A stretch of DNA of 64,000 bases from Octopus sinensis (GCF_006345805.1 NC_043007.1:68510001-68574000), one strand, 5' to 3'; counted from the first letter of the stretch, positions 38,528-52,157 are shown. Notes: generated by a model from the letters alone, not told the origin. A program made the numbers and translations.

Positions 38528-38760
38528 CTTTTCTACTGGAACCACAAGGCCTCATATTTTGGGGAAGGGATTATATCGATTATATTGACACCAGTGCGTA
38601 AGTGGTACTTATGTAATGGACCCAGAAAGGATGAAAGGTAAAGTCGATCACGCCAGAATTTGAACTCATAACGTAACGACAGACGAAATACCGCTAAGCA
38701 TTTCATACGGCGTGCTAACGATTCTGCCAGCTTACCGCCTTAATAATAATAATAATAATA

Positions 38761-38798
<38 letters not shown>

Positions 38799-39150
38799 TA
38801 ATAATAATATTAATAATAATAATGATAATAATTTTGGTACAAAGCCAGCAGTTTGCGGGGAGTGGAGTCTAGTAGATAACATTGACTCCGTGCTGAACTG
38901 GTGCTTATTTTATCGACCTCAGGATGAAGTGCAACGTCTACCTAGGAGGCATTTTTCTAGGCGTGTAAACAAAGGGTATGACATTTTTTAGGGATAGGTT
39001 TGTCGATGATATCGTCCACAATGTTCAACTAGTACTTATTTTATCGACCCCGAAACGATGAAAGTCAAATTTGACTTTTGTAATATATGAATTCGAAACA
39101 TGAATAGTCAAATGAAAATGCCGCTAATCATTTTCTCCGAGGTGAAATTT
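38528..39150 (-). mobile_element. Cluster of three family A SINE copies (38528-38741 nearly complete; about 38830-38945 and 38965-39150 degenerate)
   Basis: Repeated central domain and head motif, interleaved with (AAT)n. Confidence 0.8.
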
Positions 39151-42100
39151 TCGCCAACCATGAATGCTTGAGTATTGACGATAGTATGTATAATTTTTAT
39201 ATGTAATATGGAATTAAACACTTTTCAGTAATTTATATAATAACTCGACATGAATTGATTGAATGATATTAATTAAATACGAATGTAAACATTTTTGTCG
39301 CCATTTTAAATTTAAAGCTTTGTTTCTACGTAATAATCGATTGAATCAATTGAAAGGTGTGTATTTTTTTTTTTGGCATAATTTTTTTCATTCAATCAAG
39401 TTAGTGAATCAGCATGGTCTCCCCATTCTGAGATCAAATGCTGTCGTGGGCAATTGTACTGTTTGCGATCGTTAAAATGAGTTCCCAAGAGTGGTAGATC
39501 GTCCGAGCTATTAAACGTGATATAAAAGACCTGCTGTATATATTCTGAAAGCTACGTCGAATAAGATGCATTAAATGACACTTGTATTAAGCTATATTGG
39601 CACTAATGCGCTGGCTTTTCTCAATGGCGTGGTGAGAGGGTTACATATATAGCCATCTGCCAATCTTTAAGAAGCCTGAGAATAGATATACAGAGATGTG
39701 ATCAACACTTCTAAATATCTGGAAATCTCTAATTCCAGTTGCTTTTTGTTATTTTCCGATAATTTCTCTGTTTCTTTTAGAGATGCACTTTCGTTTCTTA
39801 CAAATAGTTTCGTATTCTTCTTAGAATTATGTGAAATATGTCGTACGTGGGATATGCTGGGCGTATAGTTAGATTATATTTACTTCTATAGGAGACATTA
39901 TCTCTTGTAGAAGTATGAGAATTTATGCCATAGATACCCTAGAAGTATACAGCATACCATATCATTGTATTCATTGATCCTAACTTGGAATTCATCAATC
40001 CTGTCACTTAATCAAAATATCTGCCAAACTTGCCTCGTATTAAAACTGACCATTTTAAAATTTAGATAATATAGTCCTAAGTTCATATAAAACAGATTGG
40101 TGAATAGTAGAACATTTTTGATGTTCTACTATTCTCCTTAATATGTGTGATCTCCTTAATACGTGTGACGGTTCAGTTAAACATCAACAACAGCTACATC
40201 AACAACTACTAGAATTAACAAAATCATATAATTTGTAACATAAATTAAATCGATCAGTGCTTTATAAGGTTTTAATAGCAGTTGTCTAAGTTATAATACA
40301 TTCATTAATGAAGAATAGAAGCATGCCGACCGCCTAAATTGCATTTGATAAATGATCGAAGCCCTATTCACGGTGGTTTCAATAAAACAAATATGGCAGC
40401 AATCTAATCAGTTAAGAATATATTTCATTAAAACATGCCGATGTTACATGAATCACACTCATTTGGTAAAAGTTTAGTTTAGAAAAAAAAATTTATAAAA
40501 AGCTTTCATAAAATATTTGATTGAATTCTAGAGAATGAAACTTTTGTCAGCAGTTCCCATTTTCCAAATGAATACATTAAATAAATTCGAAGCTTTTTTG
40601 TCCTTCTTTTACAATTTCGAATATCCGGCATTAGAATCAATGTAAAACTAATTTGCTATGATTTAATATGTTTCTGTAAACAGTGTATATCTGAGTTTTA
40701 AAATCTTTCTAATTCAGAAAGCTTTATGATTAACCTAAAATAAGGAAAAACGGGGAAAATGACAGCAATAAACAAGCAGTAATAGGCTAAGTAAAAGCAA
40801 AAACAATAATACAATAAGGTTTGAATGGAACCTGTAATCTTGTGTACCAACTCTAATTCTCTTTAGGTAAATAAGATTTGTGATGGAATGTTTCCTGTTA
40901 AACAAAATTTTCTAAATTAAATACTCAAAAGGAAATATTGCGTATGTAGTTTTTAGTACAATGGCGGATATAATACAAAACATCCATATTATTAATTTAC
41001 AGATATAATAACGTTTTTCAACTATTATTTATTGTAAAATGGATTAATATAAACACGATTCATTATCATTTCCATTTCATATATTTTCTCAGTAAAGGAA
41101 ATTTACCCCTTTTTATACCTGAATTATATTTCCTAACAACTATTGATGAATACAAATCCAATGAAAATTATATCTATTTATTCGATGCTTATTCGATTCT
41201 TTCTCTTTTGCGTCTGTTGTTTCGTTTCACAATTTCGTCACACCCGATGCAATTAACTTGTCGATTTTCTTTTCTTTTTCACCTTTCAAATATTACAAAT
41301 TATATATAGCAAATGTTAAAAGACATCATATCGATACTATTTCAGCAGAAAACTTATTTAAAAATAAAACATTCATTTTAAACTAAATAATGCAATATCT
41401 AAGAAATATGTAATAGATCTGATCCATTTCTCGGTTTAACACAACCTCTTGGTCCTTGGATGTCTTTAGCGACATCCATTGTTTTGTAAGCATTCTTGAT
41501 AGATTTCACTTCGGGTGATCGCCGCGTCTTTTCCTTCCGATAATTCTGTACGTCCTGAAATGACCATTGATTCGAAAACTTCTACTTTTCACTAAGAAAT
41601 AAAAACAAATATATTCAACAAATTAACGTTACACTAGGGAACATTTAGCATCGGGATTATAAATATTTTAGTCAGACTTTATAGCATCCTATCCTTTGCA
41701 GAAGATTTCTATGTCTGAAACGAGAAGCTAAACGTTGAGGTTTTAGTATATTTCTCTAAGAACATTGCTGGCTTACATGAAGTATGATCTCTTCAAATCG
41801 AGTTTGAAACCTTTTCACGATTTTTGATTGTCCACTGGAGAATATCACAAGCTTTCAGTGCAACTTTTCTTCTGTGAAAAGTATTGTGAACTGCGATGTT
41901 AAATACACTTGTCTTTCCCGCATTCGTCCATTCAATAATGCTGGATTACTTCTTATATTTACATAGAATTAAATCAAATGCATTTACTGATAAGCGATCG
42001 AGTCATTGGAACAATACTAAAGTTCATAGCTTCATGAATGTTACTCTCTGTTTCGGACCTTGTGCCTAGAGTAGAAATGAATGTTACTCTCTGAATCATG

Positions 42101-42279
42101 AGAATGATGATAAATGGTTTCATATGAGCAAATTACATTAAAAGATATGCTTTGCTACAAGAGAAGGTTCTAGATAATGCAGATAATAATTAACTAGTTC
42201 ATTCGTACTCAAACCTCAGCTGCCAACACAGGTACAAAGGCCAACATTACAGGAAGATAGGTATTCAGACAACTTGCAT

Positions 42280-42660
42280 ATCCCTTGCATATCCCTTGCA
42301 TACCCTGATGTCATATGGCCTGCATATCTTTTGTATCTTTTCAAGAGTAATACAACACCACTGGAAAATACGAAAACTAAAAGAAGCAACACATATGCTA
42401 GGACACAAAAACCTCCTAAGCAGACCGAGTGCAGATATGAGCAGCATATGGGAACCGGTATTAAGGAATATTAGATTTATAAGCCCTAAAATTTACTCCA
42501 TACTTGCCCACAACAACATCGAAAAATACCTTAGGAATGAGAACCTAGGTTCGAAATTTCCCCAAGACAGCCGAAGAAGACTGGAGAGTATATCAACCGA
42601 AACGTTGTGTTAACAACAAACAAGATGGGGACTAATATATCTGTCGAATATAAATAATGT
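42280..42660 (+). mobile_element. Penelope-like GIY-YIG C-terminus plus pseudo-LTR with a degenerate hammerhead
   Basis: HWKIRKLKEATHM..SSIWEPVL, followed at 42565-42612 by CCGAAGA-a-GACTG..CAACC-GAAACGTTGT. Confidence 0.7.
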
Positions 42661-43167
42661 ACGTAATGTAATGTATATATATATATATACACACATATAT
42701 ATACACACATATATATATATATATATATATATCAACGTAGATGCTTCAGATTTATAAAGATGTTTGAGAACTAATATCAATATTGATGAGGTTATTATGG
42801 ATGCAATGTGCAATCCAGCACATGTTATTCCTTAATAGCTATTTAACAATTTAACACAACTAAGACCTATTAAAGAAGTGTATTTCTCTTGGTCATTTAC
42901 TGGTTTAACACATTTCAGACACATTAAAATGTAGACAGTTAGGTTTTAAGTTTGTTAAATAGCTATTGATGAATAACATGTGCTAGACTGTACGTTGCTT
43001 TCATAATAACTACATCGATATTGATATTAGTTCTTGGAAGGAAATTGCGAAAGATTTTCTTTTGTTAGCTCTGATATATTGTATTTACGAATCAAGTGTT
43101 TATCAGTGATTTATGATTCACGCTTGCTGTCAGGTGAGGCGCTAGATTAGCAATTATACTTAATATC

Positions 43168-43588
43168 TATTTCTTTACTACCCACAAGGGGCTAAACACA
43201 GAAGGGACAAACAAGGACAGACAAACGGATTAAGTCGATTACATCGACCCCAGTGCGTAACTGGTACTTATTTAATCGATCCCCGAAAAGATGACAGGTA
43301 AAGTCGACCTCGGCGGAATTTGAACTCAGAACGTAGCAGCAGACGAAATACCTGTTTCTTTATTACCCTAAAGGGGCTAAACATAGAGGGGACAAACAAG
43401 GACAGACATAGGTATTAAGTCGATTACATCGACCCCAGTGCGTAACTGGTACTTAATTTATCGACCTCGAAAGGATGAAAGGCAAAGTCGACCACGGCGG
43501 AATTTGAACTGAGAACGTAACGGCAGACGAAATACGGCTACGCATTTCGTCCGGCGTGCTAACGTTTCTGCTAGTTCGCCGCCTTATC
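43168..43588 (-). mobile_element. Dimeric family A SINE with 14-bp TSD
   Basis: Head at 43585, two tandem bodies, TSD TATACTTAATATCT at 43155-43168 and 43589-43602. Confidence 0.9.
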
Positions 43589-44424
43589 TATACTTAATAT
43601 CTTTGCATTATCTATTACATACTACAATGAGAAATTTTAAATATTCAAGCATAAAAATATAACGATATTGTATCACTAAACGTTTTGCATCTTTAAATAT
43701 AAAAGATATAAGAAATTAATACATTTTATTGAGTATACTAATTTAGTAGAAATTAAAATATGAGAAAATATAATTTGTATAATTTGCTCATGAAAACTTG
43801 GACTGCGTCTTTATTGTTTACGAACTTTAACATTTTTGCATGACCTTCATGAAAATATCGTAAAAGAGAATATGAGAGCATGCTGAATGGAAATATCAAA
43901 TAAATAAATAATTCTGAAATTCAGTGAAGAATCCTGCTTATATCAAATAAATACTTTTAAAGTTTTATTTTAATTCATATGTGAATTTCTGTATAAATAC
44001 AATATAGATAAGTAAACATAAAATTTGAAATTCTTGCCAGTCTGAAAACTTTGTATATTTTTATATCTGTTTATATAAACTATTTAGTAATAGTTATATA
44101 TAAGCACATCTTAGTAATATCAATAATTCAAACAAAAAAGCAAAACAAAAATATCAGCTGAAATAAGCAAAGCAAAATTATTTCAGATCCCTCTCCTCAT
44201 TACAAGTTTTCTAGTTACAAAGTTTGTGAGAGACGATCAAACCTACCTGGAAATCACCCCGGTTCGCTACACAGTGTCAGCTGGTAAATTAAAGTAAAGT
44301 TGCTGTCTCTCTCTGTGACGTTACGATGTTATTCTTATTTATTTGTACAAATAATCTAACACCCACACTATTTAACAGAAGTGCACTAAAGAAATTTCAG
44401 GCCTTGTGCCTTTAGTTGAAAGGA

Positions 44425-44432
44425 TTATTATA

Positions 44433-44483
<51 letters not shown>

Positions 44484-44498
44484 ATATCATCATCATCT

Positions 44499-44566
<68 letters not shown>

Positions 44567-44607
44567 TATTATTATTATTATCATCATCATCATCATCATT
44601 ATTATTA

Positions 44608-44668
<61 letters not shown>

Positions 44669-44680
44669 CATTATTATTCA
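44425..44680. repeat. (ATT)n/(ATC)n compound microsatellite
   Basis: Read directly from the sequence. Confidence 0.95.
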
Positions 44681-45807
44681 CCTGTCCTGATAAAATTCTT
44701 AGCGACATTATATTTATGTTCTATTGCGCTGTAGATGAAATAAAGTACCAGTCAAGTACAGAGGCCGACATAATGGACTTACCATTTCCCCATAAAATGA
44801 CTGGCCTTGAGGCAATATTACAAAGAATAATTATTATTATTGTTATTCTTCCTAACATTAGCAAACTATAGTGTCGATTATTACTGAAGCACTGCTCTAC
44901 TATGAACATTTTTCTTGCAATGTTGTGCTGAGTATGCTGTATTGACAGGAGGATTGGTGAACATTTGGACTTATCAACAAACCCCATGAACTTATGTCAT
45001 TTGTAAACATGGAAGCTTCTGTATATAATTCTCTTGATCAACTTTGTATCCTTCATAGGTTTTCTTTTAATCTCCAAATAATGTTAATACTGAAATTCAA
45101 CTGAACATGCGAAACAACGTCCAGAATTATCGAGGAAATTCCCTATTGAGAATAATACATCAGTATTTTAATTCGGAGTTGTCTAAACACATCAGCAGAT
45201 ATTAGAAACAGAATATGTTACGAAATATTTACACAAGGTACATCATGCTTTCAAAAGTTTCAGGTAAATAGGGCGTCAATTACTATAGAGTACAATGTCA
45301 GCAAAGAAAAAGCCGAATCTTTTAATTAGTCGGCACTCTTGTTTGAAAACGTTCCTGAGCATCAGATACCGTTATCGCAATCCTACAGCTGAGTGTAAAG
45401 CGCAAGACAGCACGTTTATAGTAAAAACATAAAAAGCAGAAGAAACGGTAAGATGTGTTTAGTTTCATCCCTATGAGGTACTGAGGTTAAATAGCGACGT
45501 GATTATTTACCTTTCATACCCTCAGAGACGAAAAAGTAATATTAATATAACAATAAGTTTGAAATGATTACACTACTCGCTAAAAGATATGCGACATTGT
45601 GTAAATTTCAGAAATACATCCTCTCGTAAAATAAAAAAGACATTAGCCATAATGTAAAGTGAATGTATGAGCAATGCATGAAAATGTATTATAAGAGAAC
45701 TTATAATCTGGAAGATAATTAATAAAAGAATAACGTTTCTAAATTATTTTCTTGATAAGTTCTCTTTTGATGTACGATATATATATATATTTTTTATTAT
45801 GCCCGCC

Positions 45808-45972
45808 CGTTACGTTCGGAGTTCAAATTCCGCCGAGGTCGACTTTGCCTTTCATCCTTTCGGGATCGATAAATTAAGTACCAGTTACGCACTGGGGTCA
45901 ATATAATCGACTTAATTCGTCTGTCTGTCCTTGTGTGTCTCCTCTGTGCTTAGCCCCTTGTGGGTAGTAAAG

Positions 45973-45978
<6 letters not shown>
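45808..45978 (+). mobile_element. Family A SINE, 5'-truncated
   Basis: GGAGTTCAAATTCCGCCGAGGTCGACTTTGCCTTTCATCC..GTGGGTAGTAAAGAAATA then (TA)n. Confidence 0.85.
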
Positions 45979-46049
<71 letters not shown>

Positions 46050-46080
46050 GTGTGTGTGTGTGTGTATTACTATTATTATG

Positions 46081-46240
46081 CGCTGTACGGCCGAATGGTA
46101 ATGAAGTTCGCTTTGCTACTGCAAGATCCTGGGTTCTTTTCCTTGTAAAGCATATTGGGCATATAGTTTCTATAGCTCTGTGTCAACCCATACCTTTTGA
46201 GGGAAATTGAGTAGACGGAAGCTGTAATAAACCCTGTCGA
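46081..46240 (+). mobile_element. Degenerate family B SINE head
   Basis: tRNA-like start followed by a weak match to the family B head-CORE segment (..GAGTAGACGGAAGCTG..). Confidence 0.45.
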
Positions 46241-46641
46241 TCATATTGTAACTCAAAAGGTGCAGTCTTGCCACATAGAGACTGCAAATTAGGTAAAGGC
46301 AACACGTATCTGTTGAATGCTCAGCCACTTACGAGTTAATTTAGGGCCATGTAATTAAGTTGTTCTTGGAGCTGAATCTTAGTCGTTACATGCCGGAGAT
46401 CCACTACCAATAATTTTTAGATTACAATTGTAATGTAATTTCTTCTTGCAGTTTTATTACACATTTTGATATCTTTACATGTGAATCATTTCAAAGACAA
46501 TCGAAGGTGATCTACATGTTTCAAATTTTCATGACAAGATACTGCACTACAAGTTTAGTTTACATACAAGCTGGTGTACTGTACCGTTGTTAGCCAAAAC
46601 GATAACATTTCAATCCACAATGATGTTTATAATCAAATAAA

Positions 46642-46848
46642 TGCAGTGAGCTGACGGGAATAGTTAACAAGCCGTGCAAAATGTTTCACGGCATTTCGTC
46701 AGTCTTTGCGTTCGGAGTTCAAATTCCGTCGAGGTCGACCTTTCATCCTTTCAGTTTTGTTAAAATAAGTACCAGTTGAATACTGGGATCGATGTAGTCG
46801 ACTTACCACTTCCACGAAATTATTAGCTTTGTGCAAAAGTTTGAAACC
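46642..46848 (+). mobile_element. Family A SINE, diverged
   Basis: Head GAGCTG.., B-box GGAGTTCAAATTCC and the central domain. Confidence 0.8.
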
Positions 46849-47750
46849 GATATTTATAATCAAATACAAATATTTCAAACTTCCATACGTTATTCTTAAT
46901 TTATATAAGGTTTATGGAATAATAGCATCGTTGTTTACAATTTTCCAATGAAGTAATCAGTGTTTCACTTATATTGGTGGGAACACTATTTATTAATAAG
47001 TGTGTAATGCTTGCAGTGGTTACATCAATACCTACAGCTGTGTGAGTACCACTGAACAAAGCTGTCTAAGTTACTCGTCATGAAAATGGCGTAGTTAATC
47101 ATTTTAGTTTATTCTGGTCATTATAATTTTTCATGATCTCTATTATCTTGCTACTCATGCTACTTTCTGTCTCTGTCTATTCTATCGTCTGTCTCCGCCC
47201 CACGACACCTCTCTTGCGTTTTTACATATCATTTCCTTTATCCTACCGTCTTCAAGCCGCACCTTCATTACACAATAATTCTCGGATTAGAAAATAGTAT
47301 TCATTTCTTTTATATGCTGGAAGTGCATACTAAATTACTTAAGCTATAGACATTCGTTTCTTGCTGGATATTATACTTTATACTAGTAATATACTCCTGT
47401 TAATTCAATAGCTTCCAATTGAAATGAAAAATCTTTGAGCTTCGCAAAGAAATATAAGATGAAGCGAAAAAGATTACATATATGCAGAAACTTTAAGAGC
47501 TTTTAATAGGCAATTAATTTATTTACATCTTAAGAAAGTGTCTACAGATATTTTTTTATGGTTACCGATGCCAGTTAATATATTTAAATGTAGTTGTCAG
47601 CTGCTCAGTATTTTACAAAGACATGTAATAAAAGTATATTTCTATACATTATCTTATATGAATAATAGTTGTTTCACTATTACATTATGATGCCACGTTT
47701 ATCACCTCTTACGCTATATAGACTATTTTAATGAAATTTAAAATAATCTA

Positions 47751-48100
47751 AACACAAGAGAACTCAGAGTGCACAAAACTATGCCAAGGCAACACCAACG
47801 TCTTCTTTCTAAAATGAGAATATCTGAAATAAACTCAACTGCTCTCACAAATGAAAATGCTAATAATGAACCCAACCGCTCTCAAAAATTAAGTAATAAA
47901 AAAAAAGACGTCCAGAATCCTTGTCCAGTACCGGATCACTCCCCAAATCTGATCAGCTCGTGCCAGTCACGAGGGCAAACAACCCTGGAAGTTTCATTCG
48001 AATCCATCCAACGGTTCCTGAAATATCTTGTCAATGGACAAACAAACAAAGAAACACGGCTGAAAACAATAACTCCGCCTTAGCGAATTCGGAGGTAATA
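47751..48100 (+). mobile_element. Non-autonomous Helentron/HINE (Pearl/DINE-like) element
   Basis: AAC-AAGAG start, short (ACAA)n near the 3' end and terminal hairpin CTCCG..CGGAG followed by GTAATAA, the usual HINE layout. Confidence 0.55.
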
Positions 48101-48324
48101 AGAAAGAGCGCATCTGTGAGCATGTTTATAACATAATGTTGATTCTTGTTTGCTTACAGGGTGGAAAAACCTAGATCTTTTGAAATGTCCGTGTAATGGG
48201 AAGCAGCTTTAACCATGAGCGCTGCAAAACATCCCACCATACCTTTACAAAACAAACTAAGATAATTTCAAGTCAATTCCTATTAGGTAAAACTGTGTTG
48301 AACAGTTCAGAATAAATACACTTT

Positions 48325-48510
48325 GTAAGTATGTGGGTTCACGTCCAGTCCTCTTGCGTGGCACCTTGAGCATTTGTATCCTGCTAAAGCCCGAAGCGGA
48401 CCAATGCCTTGTGAGTGGATTCGGTAGAAGCTGTTTGGAATCCTCTTATACATATATACATCCATCCATTCATCACTACATACATACATACATACATACA
48501 TACATACATA
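48325..48510 (+). mobile_element. Family B SINE head running into microsatellite
   Basis: GCGTGGCACCTTGAGCA..GCCTTGTGAGTGGATTCGGTAGA followed by (TACA)n. Confidence 0.7.
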
Positions 48511-48619
48511 CAAACAGTCATCCAAAGGTTGTTGTTGTTGTTGTTGTTGTTGTTCTCCTTCTTCTTCTTCTTCTTCTTCTTCTTCTTCTTCTTCTTCTTC
48601 TTCTTCTACTTCTTCTCCT

Positions 48620-49715
48620 ACACCAAATTTGAGAAGAGAAGTGAAATGCACTGTGTAATTAGGCACGAAGAGGCAGCGAGTTCATACAAGGATGCGACTG
48701 AGAAATTTCTGATTGAGTTAATGACTTGATAGAAGAAGGAGTTTATCTCCCCCCCTCCCCGGCAGGTGTTTAACGGGGATGAAACAGGATTATATTGGAA
48801 ACCAATGCCAAATAGGACCTATATTACTAAGGAGGGAACTGCGTTGCCAGGATACAAGCCAATGAAAGATAGACTAACTCTTTTGCTATGCGGCAGCGTA
48901 AGTGGCGATTTCAAGTCAAGCCATTGGTTGTTTGCTATTCCGATAATCCGAAGGTTTTCCAAAGGAACAATGTTATGAAGAGTAAATTGCCTGTTATGTG
49001 ACTGCCTAAAATCACTTGCCACTAAAATGCCTTCTCGTGTTAGACAATGCTCCCAGTTTTGGAGGATGACTTAGCAGAAGAATGTGATTTTAATCAGGTC
49101 ACCTATTACAACTCTTCTAATATAAACAATAGACCAACAGATCAGTGCAAACTTTAAGAAACTTTACGCAAAAGCTCTGTTTCGAAAGTGTTTTCAAGTC
49201 ACTAATGACGCAGTTAATTCTCAGAGAGTTTTGGAAAAATCATTTCAATATCCTGAATTGTGTTAATCTTATTGATAAGTGATAAGTGAATTACAGAACC
49301 ATGAATTCAGCATGGAGCAAACTTTGGCCAGACTGTACCAGGACGAGACTTTGAGGGGGTTGAGACAGTTACAAGTACCGCTGCTGTCGAGGAAATTGCT
49401 ATTGTTGATGATACTGTCTCCATGGGAAAACTATTGAAGAGCTGGTGGAAGACCATCGGACTGAGCTTATCACCGAAGAGCTTCTACACCTTTAGAATGA
49501 GCAGCAAAAAAATTTGGCTAAGAAAATGTCTTCTGAGAAGGAAGAAGGGAAGGAGGATGCCCCAAATTCTTTAATCAAACGAATTTGTGCTGAATAGGGT
49601 GAGGTGCAAAGTTTTGTGGAAAAGTTTCACCCTGGTATAGTGGTAGCAAATAGAGCAGTGAACCTTTTCAATGATAATGTCATGTCTCATTTAAGAAAAC
49701 TTTTACAACTAGCAT
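48620..49715 (+). mobile_element. Tigger/pogo (Tc1-mariner superfamily) transposase remnant
   Basis: KFEKRSEMHCVIRHEEAASS, QVFNGDETGLYWKPMPNRTYI..KDRLTLLLCG and a LDNAP-like DDE_1 motif. Frameshifted; no TIRs located. Confidence 0.85.
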
Positions 49716-49729
49716 AATATCAGATTACC

Positions 49730-50790
49730 CAGATCCTACGCAAGTACAGTTGCCATAGCCAGAGATGATGACAAGTCTGAGACCAGTGATACAGAGGAGA
49801 GAAACGGCAAACCCATTACCGCCGCCATAGATAATGAGCAAAACATTATCATCGACACCGATAGAGTGACCGACCCCGCACCATGTGTTACCACCAATAC
49901 AATCGCCACAGCTAAAGATGATAACCAATCCGAAACCACCGACACGGAGGAGGTAACCGGTGACGCCAGTACCACCACCATACACGATGACCAAACATTT
50001 ATCATCGAAACCGATGGATTGACCGGCCCCGCACGATATGTTGCCACCAGCCACACCCACACTAACGCCGGCAGCATCATCGCCAACCATATGACCAGAA
50101 ACGATAACCACGGCGATAGTACCGCCGGATCATTGCATGATAATGAAAACCTTAGCAACGGTGTTACTAACAGCATTCTCAGGCCCGGAGCCTACCAGAG
50201 ATAAACCAAGAGTGCGAATATAGACGCCTCCCAAGTTTGTAAATATATCGGATGAGCCACTGCATCGTTCAAACGACGCTTCCGCAACCACCAATCATCC
50301 TTCAGAGTTCTAGAAAGACGTTTTGTTATGTCCCTAGCCCGCCATGCGTGGTACTTCAGAGATAAAGAGAAACCCATGTAACATCTGGTGGAAAATAATA
50401 GAATATCCAGGCCCATATATTAATGGGAGTGGCCGTTGCAAAATCTGTATCGCGGAGAGAACCAAAGTTCTTAAGGAGTATGCTAAACCTGGCGCGTTAA
50501 ATAGTCGTTTGGAAATTTTCTCTGAATGTGTCCATTTCAAAGGCTACTTACTGGAAAATTAGATCTCCCTGTTTGCTGGTTAGACTATTACGAATCAGTG
50601 AAGGTTTTTTATCTTGCAGTCCAGGGCAGATAAACCGTCTTCATTAATGTTTTATACGTTAGCCGTTAGATCTAGTGTTTCCTCCCGTCCGTGCGTAGAA
50701 AATTAAATTTTGTCTTTGTAGAGGGTCTGACGCGCTGTCTACCACGCTGTGGCTTTTGTAGATACGAAACTGTTGGAAAATCTATGACAA
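49730..50790 (+). mobile_element. Penelope-like GIY-YIG endonuclease remnant preceded by an acidic Thr/Asp-rich tandem repeat and followed by a hammerhead-like motif
   Basis: GAYQ..KYIG*ATASFKRRFRNHQSSF..WWKIIEY..GRCKICIAE..LNSRLEIFSECVH; two 153-bp repeats upstream in the same frame; CTGACGC..GAAAC at 50727-50770. Confidence 0.75.
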
Positions 50791-51077
50791 AAATTTAACT
50801 TTTTGTTTAAATACATGCCACTCTATTCTTTAGAGTGCACTTCTTTTCTTATATATGTTTTATTGATTATCTATCTATGTATCTACCTGACTGTCTGTCT
50901 GGTTCTGTGTGTGTGTATGCTCGCGTGTGTGATGTGTGTGTGTGTGCTTGCGTGTGTGATGTGTGTGTGTATGTGTAGTATGTCTCCCTATGTCTGTATG
51001 GAGATGCAGGTGCTGATGTGTGTCTCTAATTATGATTTTGCTGCATTTCTTTCTTGCATATGTAATGTGATACACAT

Positions 51078-51128
<51 letters not shown>

Positions 51129-52157
51129 CACACACATATAATGTGTATATATATGTGTGTATATGTATGTATATGCATACCAACGTACATACAGACGGTC
51201 ACGCATTCACACTCAAGGAAGAATGCACGAGCCGTCGCATGCGCATTTAATACCTTTCCTGTGTGTATGTATGTGTGCGCGTACGTTTGTGCATCAGAGT
51301 ATTTGCCTATGTATGTGTATGTGCTCTTGACTGTACATGCAAATGTACATGTGGCTATTAATGTGTGTCTTTAATTATAACCATCTGAGTGTGTTTTTGT
51401 TTTAAGAATAAATTGTATTTCATTGTGAACATTCCTTCTTTTCTTCTTTCCTCTAATTGTTCCCTATCTTCTTTATTTATTTTTCAACAAATTGATGACG
51501 TTCAATTATGTTTTCTTTAAACAGAATTAAACAACTCCTGTTTTGCTTTAATTAATATGGACTATTAGCGGAAATTTAAACAACCTGTCACTTGATATAT
51601 TTCTTTCCATCGATATTGATGCTCCCATCCAGTCAATTTCTTCATTTGGCATTGTTCTTCTAATTATTGTTTCCATAAATATTGATAATAACACTAATCA
51701 TCAACATATTGTCCTCATGGTCGTTATCGTCGTCGTCGTCGTCGTCATAATTGTATCCTCTTCATATAATTATTTTTACTGTTTTCTATCCATATTTTGT
51801 ATAGAGCAACACCATTCAAATGTTTTCTCTGTGTATTACTCTCTTCTCTTTACCTTGTCTATTTTCTATAATTAATATTCATTATTGGTTGAAGGAGGTA
51901 TTTGATTTCGATGTGTCAGGGTGCTCTGAGATGGTGTCTGCGATACTAAGAATCATCAACGAGTTTATCACTCATTTTGGCAATATTTTCAAATAATTTA
52001 ATTCTTTAATGTTATAATTATTATCATTATGCCAATGATTGTTTCATATGCCCGTTTAATTGATGTAATTCCGCCACATTATGTGTTTTTTTCTACACAC
52101 TTAGTTTTATTTTATTCTTGTCCTATTGTACTCAGCTCTGCGGGATCTTTTAGAGAG

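Noticed and set aside
29815-39530. Similar-looking minus-strand peptides IIINNSDD..SKYYRCQQH (29.8 kb) and ITFNSSDD..RKQYNCPRQH (39.5 kb)
   Set aside because: Short and low-complexity, no nucleotide-level similarity seen, inconsistent splice signals.
50190-50260. In-frame TGA right after YIG as possible selenocysteine (some PLE clades encode selenoproteins)
   Set aside because: The same frame has a TAA 18 codons earlier and a frameshift downstream, so ordinary decay explains it. No SECIS recognised.
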